DNA from: Chrysomallon squamiferum
Lineage: Eukaryota; Animalia; Mollusca
Length of the DNA: 64,000 bases
NCBI GenBank assembly: GCA_012295275.1
Contig: CM022677.1
Span: 17,174,001-17,238,000, forward strand
Reading direction: 5' to 3'
This document shows, in pieces, positions 28,132-39,903 of this stretch (position 1 is the first letter of the stretch; each line of letters begins with the position of its first letter). The notes beneath the pieces were generated by a model that searched no databases, was not told where the DNA came from, and worked only from the letters and a program-made list of their open reading frames with translations. A program made the position numbers and the translations under genes.

Positions 28132-29689
28132 AGCAGATTGGGAGAAGTAAAGATATTTAATAGAAGTTCTGATGAAATTTAATATTTTGTCATTTCTGAT
28201 CTGAGCATGATAGAATTGATCTGTAAAAAAAAGAAAAGAATAACAGAAAATAATTTATGGATTTTTTAAATACAGTTATTTTTTGAGATTCTTACTTTTT
28301 AACATATCAAAAAAAAAAAAAAAAAAAAAAAGAAACAAGTCACACACATACAAACAGTTTTACAGACTCATTCAAGCAAACATTTCAATTTAGATTATTA
28401 CTTAGTGTGGAATCGAATTGTTTTCTGAAACTCATCTCACTTTTATATAACGTATTTCTTTTTTATTTTTTATTCTATACTATAATTATTTGCAAAATTT
28501 AATATTTTATGCATCTTTTTTTTAATTATTTTTGTATTTCTACAAACACCACTGACTAATCAGATTTGAGAAAGCATTAACGAAATAAAGACATTTTAAA
28601 CTGGTTAACGAGAAAACCTTTCAAAAAAACCTCAAATGAAATAATTTTCTCATTTCCTCTTCAACTCGTTTATTTGATTCCTTCTTTTCTTGATCTGTAT
28701 AACCTCATCATCGCTGTTAATTAATGTCTTTCTCTTTTTCTTTATTTCTCTCTTTATTTTTATTTTTCTTTCTTCTTTTCACTTTATTTGCTGCTTTCAT
28801 CTTTGTTTTTCTTTCTTTTTATTTGTTTTTTTTTTTTTTTTTATTTTATTTTATTTTTTTTATTCCTTATTTTCATCTGTCGCCTTTTCTTTATTTTATC
28901 TTTTTCTTTTTTTTTCTTTTTCTTTTCTTTATCTATTTCCTTTATGCTTTTCTTTCTCTCTCACACCTTTAATTTTTTAATGTATGAATGCAGTATATGT
29001 ATTCATGTATGTCTGTATGTGTGTTTGTGTATACATATATATATATATGTGTGTGTGTGTGTGTATTTGTATGTATATATATACATACAAACACACATAC
29101 ACACATACATACATACATGCATACATGCATTCACTACATTCATACATGCATGTGTGTGCGTGTGTGTGTCTGCATATTATTGTGTGTGTATGAATGTTTG
29201 TGTGGGTGTGTGTCTCTATGTCTGCGTGTGAATCTATATAAGTATGTACGTGTGTATGTATGTAAAGCTGGGTGTAAACACATACTCTACTCCCCTGCAT
29301 ACAATAACACATTTATGTTTCTTTATTCGTTTTTCGTATTACCAGCCTGTTAATGGAATCATTTTTCACGAAACAATATTGTAAATATTGTACAGAACCA
29401 AACCGCAGCACTTAGCTAAATATCTACTTCAGGCGAAACCAGAATCTCCAATATTGGCTTTCAGTGGCAGCAGAAGCTGTTCTGTACAATTACTTTACTA
29501 ATCCAGAACTATAGATGATAATTCCCTAGCAACACCCCACAATCAAACAGATCTGATGTTGTTATAAGATTAATGCAAGCTTGTGTTAGTATACTGGTTA
29601 ATTTGTTCTCTGTTGTATGATAATAAAATATATTAGTCCACAAATGTCTTTCTCGTTTTGAATTATCTTTCTTTCTGTGGATATCATAT

Positions 29690-29830
<141 letters not shown>

Positions 29831-30324
29831 CTTTATCTCTTTCGTTCTCTGCAATATTTCAATGTAAATCGATGTCTCTATGGTTACCACTTCAATATTT
29901 TTTTTTATCTCTAAACATAGTTATATCATTTATTATTTAAAGAAATCCTAGTAATATTACTGAATAGTTACTACAGTACGTTTGTAACGTAGTAAAGAAC
30001 TTGACAAACAAACGGACAGTTATCTGTATGAAGAGGGAGGGTAATTTTTATGTGTGTGATTTATGTGTTTGTTTTGTGATTTATGGGCATGCTCGTTCGT
30101 TTATCTGTGTGTATGTGTATATGTACGAATGTGTGCAAGTCAGCCTTACTTTACTGAAAGAAGGGCAACATTTATAAACTGAGGAAAAAAAGAAGGAAGA
30201 AAGTGAGATAGAAACAGAAAGAAGGGAACAAGTGAGAAGGGACACATAGAAAGAGAAAGTACTGATAAGAAAACACAAGCCCAATATCTTTTATGCATTA
30301 TCACTTTAGTTTAGTTATAATATC

Positions 30325-30370
<46 letters not shown>

Positions 30371-30770
30371 TACTCGATACATTTTAGGATTCACAATACT
30401 GAGTTGAGACTTCACGAATACAGCTTTGAGTTTAGTATCGAGACGCATGATGTATGAAGTAATAGTTATTAATGACAATAATAACAATAACAATAACAAT
30501 AATAATAACAATAATAATAATAATAATAATAATAAAATTTAAGAAACTAAAAGTGGTACATTATTAAAATGTTATATTTCAAATCATCTTGTTAAGAATA
30601 ACATTAATATGAAACTATAACACTTATACCTGCTGGTAAACATGAGCTTGCTGAAAGAAAAGTCATCTGTAAAGATTAACTACAGCATCGTCTATTAACT
30701 GCTGTAGATATCTTTCTAAAAACATGTACAACATACACATGCAATGAAACACAATGAAAGACAAAGAAAA

Positions 30771-31067
30771 TGACGTCATAACATGTTGTTTTACGTCATA
30801 ATAATACATTTGTTGTTCAGCGTCATTATGATACAGAATGACGTCATAATAACCTGGATGTTTAACGTCATAGTAGAAAAGAAATACATCTTGCTTAGTG
30901 CAAAAAAAAAAAAAAAAAAAATCAAAAAATTATTTCCATAATACATCAAAATAGAAAAGAAAATGGTGTCATAATAAAAAAGACAGAAAAGACGTCACAA
31001 CAGGAAAAAAATGACGTCATAACTAAAAAAAAAAAATGACGTCAGAACAGGAGAAAAAATGACGTCA
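30771..31067. promoter_or_regulatory. Cluster of CRE (TGACGTCA) palindromes at the 5' end of the intron
   Basis: Perfect TGACGTCA at 30771, 30839, 31012, 31037 and 31060, with near-matches at 30791, 30863 and 30990. Confidence 0.45.
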
Positions 31068-31106
31068 TAACTAAAAAAATAACAACAGACAAACAAACAG
31101 AATTTC

Positions 31107-31112
31107 ACTTAC
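31107..31112 (-). other. 5' splice donor GTAAGT ending the coding exon (phase 1)
   Basis: The minus strand reads ...GAC TAT TCA A|GTAAGT GA. GC content falls abruptly right after it. The position matches the end of exon 1 in vertebrate NPR genes, just before the V(V/I)(I/Y)xC strand. Confidence 0.88.
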
Positions 31113-31791
31113 TTGAATAGTCGACGCCGACTTCTTTGACGAGCATGTCCTTATAGTCTCTGACGTTGTGCATGTTGAAGTGGTCGACGGAGATCGCCTG
31201 CTTGCTGACGAGGTTGATGTACAGCGCTTTGCTCGACAGGTGGCAGAACTCCGTCATGTGCTTGTCCTGGCCGCTGTTGTCGAACAGCAGCTTGAAGCTC
31301 TTCCACTCGAGGCGCCGGAAAATCTGCTCGCTCATGTCCGACAGCGAGGCGAAGTTCACCGGACCCACCCGAGTCAGCAGCTTGTACGTCGAGTTCTTCT
31401 CCTGCGCGAAGTCGCGCGCCATCGCCCCGCCCGAGATCAGGGGCACCTTCCAGAACAGCACCTGCCTGGCGACGGGGGCCACGGCGTAGTCGCAGACGGG
31501 GCCCAGGTAGAGGTTGACCTTGTGCTGCATGTAGAGCTCGAAGGCCTTGTTCATGCCGTGGGCGTCGTCGCATTGCGAGTCCTCGTAGAAAAGCTCAATG
31601 GACACGTGTCTCAGCAGGTTCCTGTAGCGCTTTATTTTCAGTTTGGCGATCTCGATCGCCGGCGCGATTCTGTGGTAGCTGAAGAGGCGGCTGTCGTCGA
31701 AGGGGACGATGACGGCGATTTTTATCTTCAGTGCGATGGACGTCCTCGCCAACGTCAGCACCAACAGCGTGAGTGTCGCGAACGACGACAT
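31113..31791 (-). CDS. First coding exon (226 codons + 1 nt) of a natriuretic peptide receptor-like / receptor guanylyl cyclase family protein: signal peptide + N-terminal part of the ANF_receptor (periplasmic-binding-protein fold) extracellular domain
   Basis: ATG at 31791 is followed by a hydrophobic signal peptide (MSSFATLTLLVLTLARTSIA). Family motifs: EDSQC (C74), LYLGPVCDYAVAPVAR (C100; vertebrate NPR-C has ILGPVCEYAAAPVAR), WKVPLISGGAMARDF, YKLLTRVGP, EFCHL (C183), and an N-glycosylation sequon N133-S-T. Codon bias is strong (56 of the first 66 codons end in G/C). The ORF-track stop at 31105 lies just inside the intron. NPR-A/B type (with cyclase) versus NPR-C type (without) cannot be decided from this exon. 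Confidence 0.93.
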
Positions 31792-32514
31792 CGTAGTCCT
31801 CCTGGTTGGTTGGTTGGTTGTCAGCTAAAGAAACGAAGCCAGAACTGTTGTTGTTTTTTTTTTTTTTCAGATTAAATTAAATTAAGTTAAACTAGGTTTT
31901 GATATTCACTGAGAACTGCTATTCAGAAGTGATAATACCTATCAAGATATACAATTGTACACCCTGCCGAAAGTAAAGTGATGACCAGAACTATTTTAGA
32001 AACTGTAATCCAGAGCAGTTGTCGGAATTGTATCCAGAACTGTTGTTAACATTGTTATCCATAACCTGTTATCATCGAAATTATTTTCCAGAATAGTAAT
32101 CCAAAATGTTTACCAACATTTGTTATTCTAATATATATATTTTTTTTTTTTCCAATATTTTTTTGTTATCCTGATCAGGTATCCAGAAATCTAGAATTTT
32201 ACTATCCTCCCCTTGGATATCCAACCTTTTGCTATCCTAATCCAGAATTTGTTATCCTGATCTTCAAATCTAGACTTTTATCTTATTATCTTGATTTGAT
32301 ATTCAGACATTTCTATCTGAACTGGTACTCATAAACAATTAACACTATTCTGATATAAACAGAAGTTGTATCCAGTTTCTCAGATTTGTTTTTTTTCTCT
32401 TCTGATCCGTTTCTGATATTTGATATCCTTACCAGATATCCAGAGTTGTATTATCCTCATCAGGTATCCAAACTATATATATATATCCACCACGGATCAC
32501 GTTTACAAACTCAC

Positions 32515-32645
32515 GTTTCTCTACAGAGAAAGTTACTTCAGAGACGTTTTTGTCGATATATTCTTTATGTTCAATTGGAGTGAACATCGACAGCGGATCT
32601 GTGCAGAAAGTCCGGCTTCGTGACTACGACTGGTCGTAAATATGT
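32515..32645 (-). other. Candidate 131-nt 5'UTR exon of the receptor gene
   Basis: Minus-strand acceptor catttttcccttctctttggcAG ends at 32646, and donor AAC|GTGAGT lies at 32514-32509. A matching acceptor (cttcgtttctttAG|, AG at 31826-31825) lies 33 nt upstream of the ATG. No transcript evidence. Confidence 0.4.
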
Positions 32646-32871
32646 CTGCCAAAGAGAAGGGAAAAATGTATATATTATAATACTGATAAACGTGAATCCA
32701 GATCGCTTAATCCGGAGAAACACTTAGTGCTTAATGAGAGTTTTTGTTATTTTTCAGAAATCTGAGGATTAACGCTGACTGAAAAACAGACTTTGAAAGA
32801 GAAGAGAGAAATTTGTCTCGTCCAAGGACGCAGAAATGGTGATAAAATATTCGTAAAACATATGAAACAAA

Positions 32872-32935
<64 letters not shown>

Positions 32936-33443
32936 TGTATGTATGTGTATGTATGTATGTATGTATGTATGTGTGTGTGTGTGTATGTATATGTATGTGT
33001 GTATATATATATATGTATGTATGTATGTGTATATGTATGTATGTGTGTATATGTATGCATGTGTGTATATATGTATGTATGTATGTATATATTTATCTAT
33101 GTATGTATGTAGGTAGGTAGGTAGGTATGTATGTGTGTCTGTATATATGTATGTATGTATGTATATGTATGTATGTATGTATATGTATATATCTATATAT
33201 GATGTATTTCAAATGATGGTTGAAAACATGTAAAAGACATGAAACAGAAAATGTATGTATGTATTATGTATGTATATAAGATGTATTTATATGCGAAAAC
33301 ATGTAAAAACAGAAACACACGTAACTATCTCATGACGAAAATATATGAGCAAAAAAGATGCATGTGTATATATGTATTTATCAATGTCTGTTCATCTGTA
33401 TCTCTGTAAACATACATACTTTCATACATACATACATAAATAC

Positions 33444-33521
<78 letters not shown>

Positions 33522-33755
33522 AATATACACAGATACTCCACATTAAACACATATAATCTTACTAAAACAGCTGCAACCTGCTAACTACCACTGTGCACAC
33601 ACAACATTGTTAAAACAACAGACAGTGCTGGTATTTACGTGTCATTACTCTGCATTGACTGCAACATCATTCCTGACACACCTGGCTTCAGGAAACGAGG
33701 ACGCTGCGGTCGATACACGCATGCACCAGACTCGTACAAACTAATTCCGTATTCA

Positions 33756-33769
33756 TCGCTAGAGGGCGC
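33756..33769 (+). promoter_or_regulatory. CTCF-like motif TCGCTAGAGGGCGC
   Basis: 13/14 match to the CCRSYAGRKGGCRS core consensus, inside a CpG-containing unique island about 2 kb upstream of the ATG. Confidence 0.45.
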
Positions 33770-33996
33770 CTCTTCGCAAACAAACAAACAACGAGAGAGA
33801 GGTTAAGTGTGTGTTGGCGAACGGGAAGAACGTCTTCCAAGGACGAGAATTAAAAATACGACAGAGAGAGAGAAAAAAAAAAAAAGAAGAAGACGACAGG
33901 AGAGCGAGATAACGACAGAAGATTCTGACTTTTTTTTTTTTTTTTGCTGTTTCTGGATTACGGCGAATTATTTCCTGACTCTCGTCACCGCAGATT

Positions 33997-34032
33997 TACG
34001 TGATTTTTACGTGATTTTACGTGATTTGCGTG
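33997..34032 (+). promoter_or_regulatory. Four tandem RCGTG (bHLH-PAS / HRE-type) cores
   Basis: TACGTG at 33997, 34008 and 34018 and TGCGTG at 34027, each followed by ATTT. Confidence 0.35.
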
Positions 34033-34364
34033 ATTTCCCCCGCACCTCTGTCATCTTTTTTTTTTTTTTTTTTTTTTTTTTTGGTCTGTTTTAGTTAAAG
34101 AATTATTCTGAAATGTGAGCGGTTTAAATAAGGTTATTTTTTTTTTTTTTTTAAGATATGAATACAATTCTTATTATTATTTTTTTTTTTTCAGTTTTTT
34201 TGTAAAACAATAGGAATGAAACAAGAAGAGTTGTCATTTTCATCATCTGTGGTATAATTTGTAATCGCTAATGAAAATATTGTTGTAAAAAGCTATTATT
34301 ATAACCATTGGTGATCGAGTTTGAAATGACATAAAATTACTGGTTTGTTGCGGATACGATCAAA

Positions 34365-34640
34365 TTTAATATGACGAAAATCACTACCAAATGACGAATA
34401 AGCTAGTGATTGTGTTTAATATGATGAAACTCACTAATTCATAACGAAAAAACGCAGTTATCATGTCTAACATGATGAAAATTACTACTAAATGATGAAA
34501 AACTAATAAAAATATTTAATATGATAAAAAAAAATCACAACATCGTGGTGAATAAACTAGTGATCAAAATCACGAAAAACTAGTGATCCTGTCTAACACG
34601 ATGACAAACCAATGAACCATCTTCAAAATGACGAAAATCA
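34365..34640 (+). repeat. Degenerate ~50-bp minisatellite (TTTAATATGAYGAAAnTCACTA...)
   Basis: Unit starts near 34365, 34415, 34466, 34515 and 34592. Confidence 0.65.
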
Positions 34641-34837
34641 TGAATACACTAACGATTATTTTTGTTATGATGAAAAAAAAATCGCTTACTTCGTAGTACA
34701 AAAAAAATATAATGATCGTGCTTAATACGACCAACGGAGATCACTGTGATTATCATTATAAATAAATAATTATACTTATTTATCATTGAATAAGGCAGCA
34801 GAAGACTCAAAGAAATAACTGTGAGGAAGCGAGAAGC

Positions 34838-35077
34838 TATAAACACACACTCGTACAATGCCTTTAGCTTTCAATAAATAAATGTATTCCTAAATAACAG
34901 ATGACTCTTCAGTGTCTTGAAACACCTTTTTATTTATTAATATACACAGACATATATATAAACACATACTCGTACAATGCCTTTAGCTTTCAGTAAATAA
35001 ATATATTCCTAAATAACAGATGACTCTTCAGTGTCTTGAAATACCTCTTTATTTATTAATATACACAGACATATATA
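34838..35077 (+). repeat. 119-bp tandem duplication, 2 near-identical copies
   Basis: TCGTACAATGCCTTTAGCTTTCA at 34851 and 34970; only a few substitutions between copies. Confidence 0.95.
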
Positions 35078-35829
35078 CACATATACACACATGCATATAT
35101 TTATATATACATACATACAGACAGACAGACAGACGTACATAAGAGAGAGAATATTCAAAATCCTAAACGACATACACATATACATTCATATATATATATA
35201 TATATAGACATAGATAGATACAAACAAACACGCACACACACACACACATATACACATACACAGTTACGTAACAATAACAAAAATAATTACCGTTACATAT
35301 CCACATACATACATACAAACATATATGTACACACACGCACACATATAAACAAATATGCATATTCACAATTAGATAACATAAACAGTTATATGCTGCATTA
35401 CCAAAGACTTCGTTCGTCCGTGTGTCTGTGTGTTGTTAAAGGGTCTGCCTGATTATTCTGTACGCACGTCGCTACGAAAACGAAGCGATCTAAACCCATT
35501 ATACAGAAAAGCTGTTGGAATATTGTTATTACTCAATTATTACGACAACTGAACTATGAGAACAGTGTGTGGGTTAGTTGTGGCTTGCAGTTATAAAGTT
35601 ATTTATATAGCTTGATGGAAAGTTCAGTAATGTAATATATAGTTCTCTAACAAATGAACCTTCAAGTGCCTGTCGCCATATCGTTTCGTTTCAACAGAAT
35701 CGTCTGATTAAAACGTCAAATGCAGTATAGGTCTCGGTCGAATTGGAAAAAAAAGTCTACCTAAACTGAACTGATTACTATTTAGTAGAAACGACTTATA
35801 AAGAGATATATGTGTGTTAATGAAACAAT

Positions 35830-35923
<94 letters not shown>

Positions 35924-35973
35924 CAAATGTATACTGAGAGAACTAAATAAGTATCCATCTCCCTTTGTACACC

Positions 35974-36059
<86 letters not shown>

Positions 36060-36080
36060 ATATATATATACATGTAGGTG

Positions 36081-36112
<32 letters not shown>

Positions 36113-36307
36113 CATAAATAGATATATATGTTAGCTCTTAATAACAAAAATGTTTAAAATAATAAAATGAAAAACTTACCAGTTTAAAACAACTCGAAAT
36201 TCTCTCTTTGTAATCCTTGTAACCATTTAGAACGTAATCACTATTTTTATATCTTTTCTCCTTTCGTCGCCGTTTTTAACTATTCCAATGTGAACAGTTC
36301 AAACCTC

Positions 36308-36332
36308 TGACGTCATAGGCATTGTGACGTCA
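36308..36332. promoter_or_regulatory. Paired CRE palindromes, possibly promoter-proximal
   Basis: TGACGTCA at 36308 and 36325, about 130 nt upstream (minus-strand sense) of a strong CTG|GTAAGT donor at 36180/36179. Confidence 0.3.
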
Positions 36333-37549
36333 GACTTGATAACGTAAAGATAATAATTTTGTAAACTCGTTTCCTACGCGTTGTTTTGTTTTGTTTTGGT
36401 AGTCATTGTTGCCATCGTCGTTATCGTTGTCGTTGTCGTTGTTGTACAATTACGTTTTCCAACATCTAGAATAATCATTATGCTGTTGTTGTTTTCTTTT
36501 ATGTTTTTTTCTGAAACCGCGTTCTGTTTGTTGTTTATTTATTCATTAGCCATTTCAAACGCTGTGTTTATTTTTATATATGGCTGCCTTCTTCTATTTT
36601 AATCGTTGTTTTTCTATGTTGAAATAGATTTTTTTTTTTTTTTTTTTTTTTTATTTTGTGAAATAGATCTTCATATATCCAGCACTGAAAAAAACAGAAC
36701 AAAAATTATTTGGTCACATTTATACAAATATTTCCATATCTGTTTTTAACGAAAATATATAAAATAATTAAGTAAGAGATAATTAAACTATTTTTCACAA
36801 CTAACTGATAGAAAATAATATAAGTATAAAAATAACATAAGTAATGACATAGATCCTTTTTAAAATTGTCACATGAAATAGTTCCCTGGACATAACGAAG
36901 AGCTATTTAAACATTTTGTTGTTGCTGATGCTGTCATCATCATCATCATCGATATCTGGAAACAGTATAGCAATATTTTCATGATAATGAAACAGTTGCC
37001 AGTTTAAACTGAGATCGTCATTTGAATAATTGCTGATGATGTGATTAAAAATTTAAAACATCGTACAAAACTTTCCTGTTGCTAGAAAACAACGTTATTC
37101 CTGTGACATGAAATCTTCCTAGGATCCAAAAATAAATATTAGAAATGAATGTGCAGTTACAGGACAGCACAGTAATATATTGCCTTTTTGTCACGTGAAC
37201 TACGAATTGAGCCAATAAAATAACTGTATAAACAGTTATATAGTTATTATAGGAGTCGTATTAGTTGTAGTTGTTAGTCGTAACAGTGGTAGTAATAATT
37301 GTAAAAGTAGTACTTGTAGTATTATTAGCAGCTGAAGTAGTAGTGATGGTGTAGAAGTAGTTATAGAAGTAAACGTAGTAGCGGTAGTAGCAGTTGTATA
37401 ACAGTAGTAGTAACAGTAGCTGAAGTAGTAGTAGTGATGGTTTGGTAGGAGTAGAAGTAGAGGTTGTAATAGGTTTAACAGCAGCAATAGTAACTGTAGT
37501 AGTAGTTCAAGTAATTGTGTTAACAGTAATATTCTCAGTAGTCGTAGTC

Positions 37550-37615
<66 letters not shown>

Positions 37616-38654
37616 CAGCAGCAGCAACAACAGTATTCTTATTGCGGTATTTTGGAACTTTACACCAGGAAGTCTGTGTTTAATTCAATGTACAAATTAC
37701 CTACGTTAATTTTCCCATACCTTTCACTGCTAACAATATAACGAGAAAAAGAAAATCAGCACTAATCAAAGACTTAGTAACTGCAGAGTTGTGTAGATTA
37801 GAATGTAAAATAAACCCGATGTGATATATTCAATGTTAAGTCACAGAGCAATACTGTTAACAAGCGAAATGAATTGTCCACTTAACAGAATCGTTGACAA
37901 CTTTCTCAGATAACACGAAATACGGAGGTTATCGGAAACATATCCACTCGAGAAAACTCCGGTATAAATTTCGAAAAAGCACAAGATTCGTTAATAATTG
38001 TCCGATGAAAGATCCAGTTATCCAGTTTTCTGTTAGTTTTGCTTTTTATTGTTCACCTCTTCAACGATCTCCCTTTTTTTAATTATTATTGGTTTGTTTG
38101 GTTTTTTTGTTTGATTCTTTTTCTTTCGTTATGAAAATTAATGGTCTCAGATAACCGTTTTTGGGAGGTTTTTTATTTTCCTTTCTTCTGTTTGAAGTCG
38201 TCAAAAATATTCTTTTTTTCAAAATCGTTGAAAATTAATGTCACTCAAAGCTCACTTTTTTTTAGTCATCTGTATTCTTTTACTTTTTTTTTTTTTTTCA
38301 CTGAAAATTTTTTTACACAATCATATTCATATTCCTTTTTAATTTCCTTTTTTTTAATAATTTATTTTCTCATTGAAATTAGTCCATCATATACATCCAT
38401 CCCATCTCTATTTCATAATCACCGACGTATCTCTCTCACTCTCTCACTCTCTCTCTCTCTTTCTCTCTCTGCACTCGTCAGTTTTATTTCGTAGTGTAGT
38501 ACACACTATCTCGATTAATCCAAATGTTTGAAAACGTTATTTTTCGTTCGATACATCGACGTCTGGCGTTTTCGTACCAGCTCTGTGCGCCTCTTCTGCT
38601 GAATTCCCCGCACGTTAGAATACGATCGAGCGAATAATGACAGTCTGTCGTTTG

Positions 38655-39060
38655 GTTTATCCCATATGACGTTTCACCGTTTTTTTTGTCATATTCAAAA
38701 CCTTTATCTCGCGATATGTTATTCACCCCACCCCCGTATGATAGGCAACGTATTATTATTACCGTTATTTTTAAACCCTTTACTGTACTGTGTGATATTC
38801 TTCCGTATGTGATAAGAAACAATATTAATTGTTTAGGTGATTTTTTAAACGATTTATCTCGAGATATATTTCTCCATATGATAAGCAATCTCGTTTTACT
38901 ACTTACGTTATTTTTGAAAGGTTTTATCCTGTCAATTTTTTGCTCCTATGGTAAGAAGTAATGTTTAGTGTTGACGTAAAAATTAAAACGGTTTATCCTG
39001 TGATAATTTTTCCCTGTATAATAACCGACGACTTTTTATTCCGTTGTTTTTGAAAGCAAT
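38655..39060 (+). repeat. Highly degenerate ~70-bp tandem repeat
   Basis: Recurring TTTATCnnGnGATAT...TATGATAnGCAA...CGTTATTTTT blocks. Confidence 0.55.
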
Positions 39061-39217
39061 GATGTTAATCATCTGTGTGATTTTCTAAACGCTTGATTTT
39101 TTATAGTCTGTTTCTCATAAAAAAGAACTTCAATATTTTAGTGGGGGTTTTGACATTTGGAAACTCTTTCTTTATCATGATTACACCTCATAATAATAAT
39201 CAGTAATATGCTCTGTC

Positions 39218-39294
<77 letters not shown>

Positions 39295-39487
39295 AATGTT
39301 ATTTATCTCCTATTACTAAGACATTAAACAATCATCTGTATCTGTTTAAAAAAACAACTTTGTAATGTGTTTTATTCCATGTAAATTAAATTAATAATTA
39401 TATGCTATCGTTTTACGTGGGTTTAAACTGTATCATTATAATGTATTTTAAAAGCAATTAAGCTGTATTCTTGATAATTTGTAAACG

Positions 39488-39576
<89 letters not shown>

Positions 39577-39768
39577 GAACAACGACATCTTTATCGTTTT
39601 GGTAATCTTAAATTCATTATAATGTGTGGGTTTGGGGTTTTTTGTTTGTTTGTTTGGTTTTTTCTTTATAATAACATACGATGATTTATTCCATTTATGA
39701 TAGTAAAAAGGTGTTCTTAACTTAGTTTTCCTCAGTTAAATGCATCTGAAATAGAACTATTCCCTGAC

Positions 39769-39818
<50 letters not shown>

Positions 39819-39824
39819 TACTAC

Positions 39825-39903
<79 letters not shown>

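Noticed and set aside
31105-31112. Stop codon making a complete 228-aa secreted protein (possible soluble decoy)
   Set aside because: The stop lies within GTAAGTGA of a canonical donor, and the product would lack much of the ligand-binding fold. There is no evidence for intron retention.
31168-31875. 235-aa plus-strand ORF (also 31166..31489 + and 31151..31573 -) overlapping the receptor exon
   Set aside because: Shadow ORFs: very high GC3 removes stop codons from the antisense and shifted frames, and there is no recognisable protein motif.
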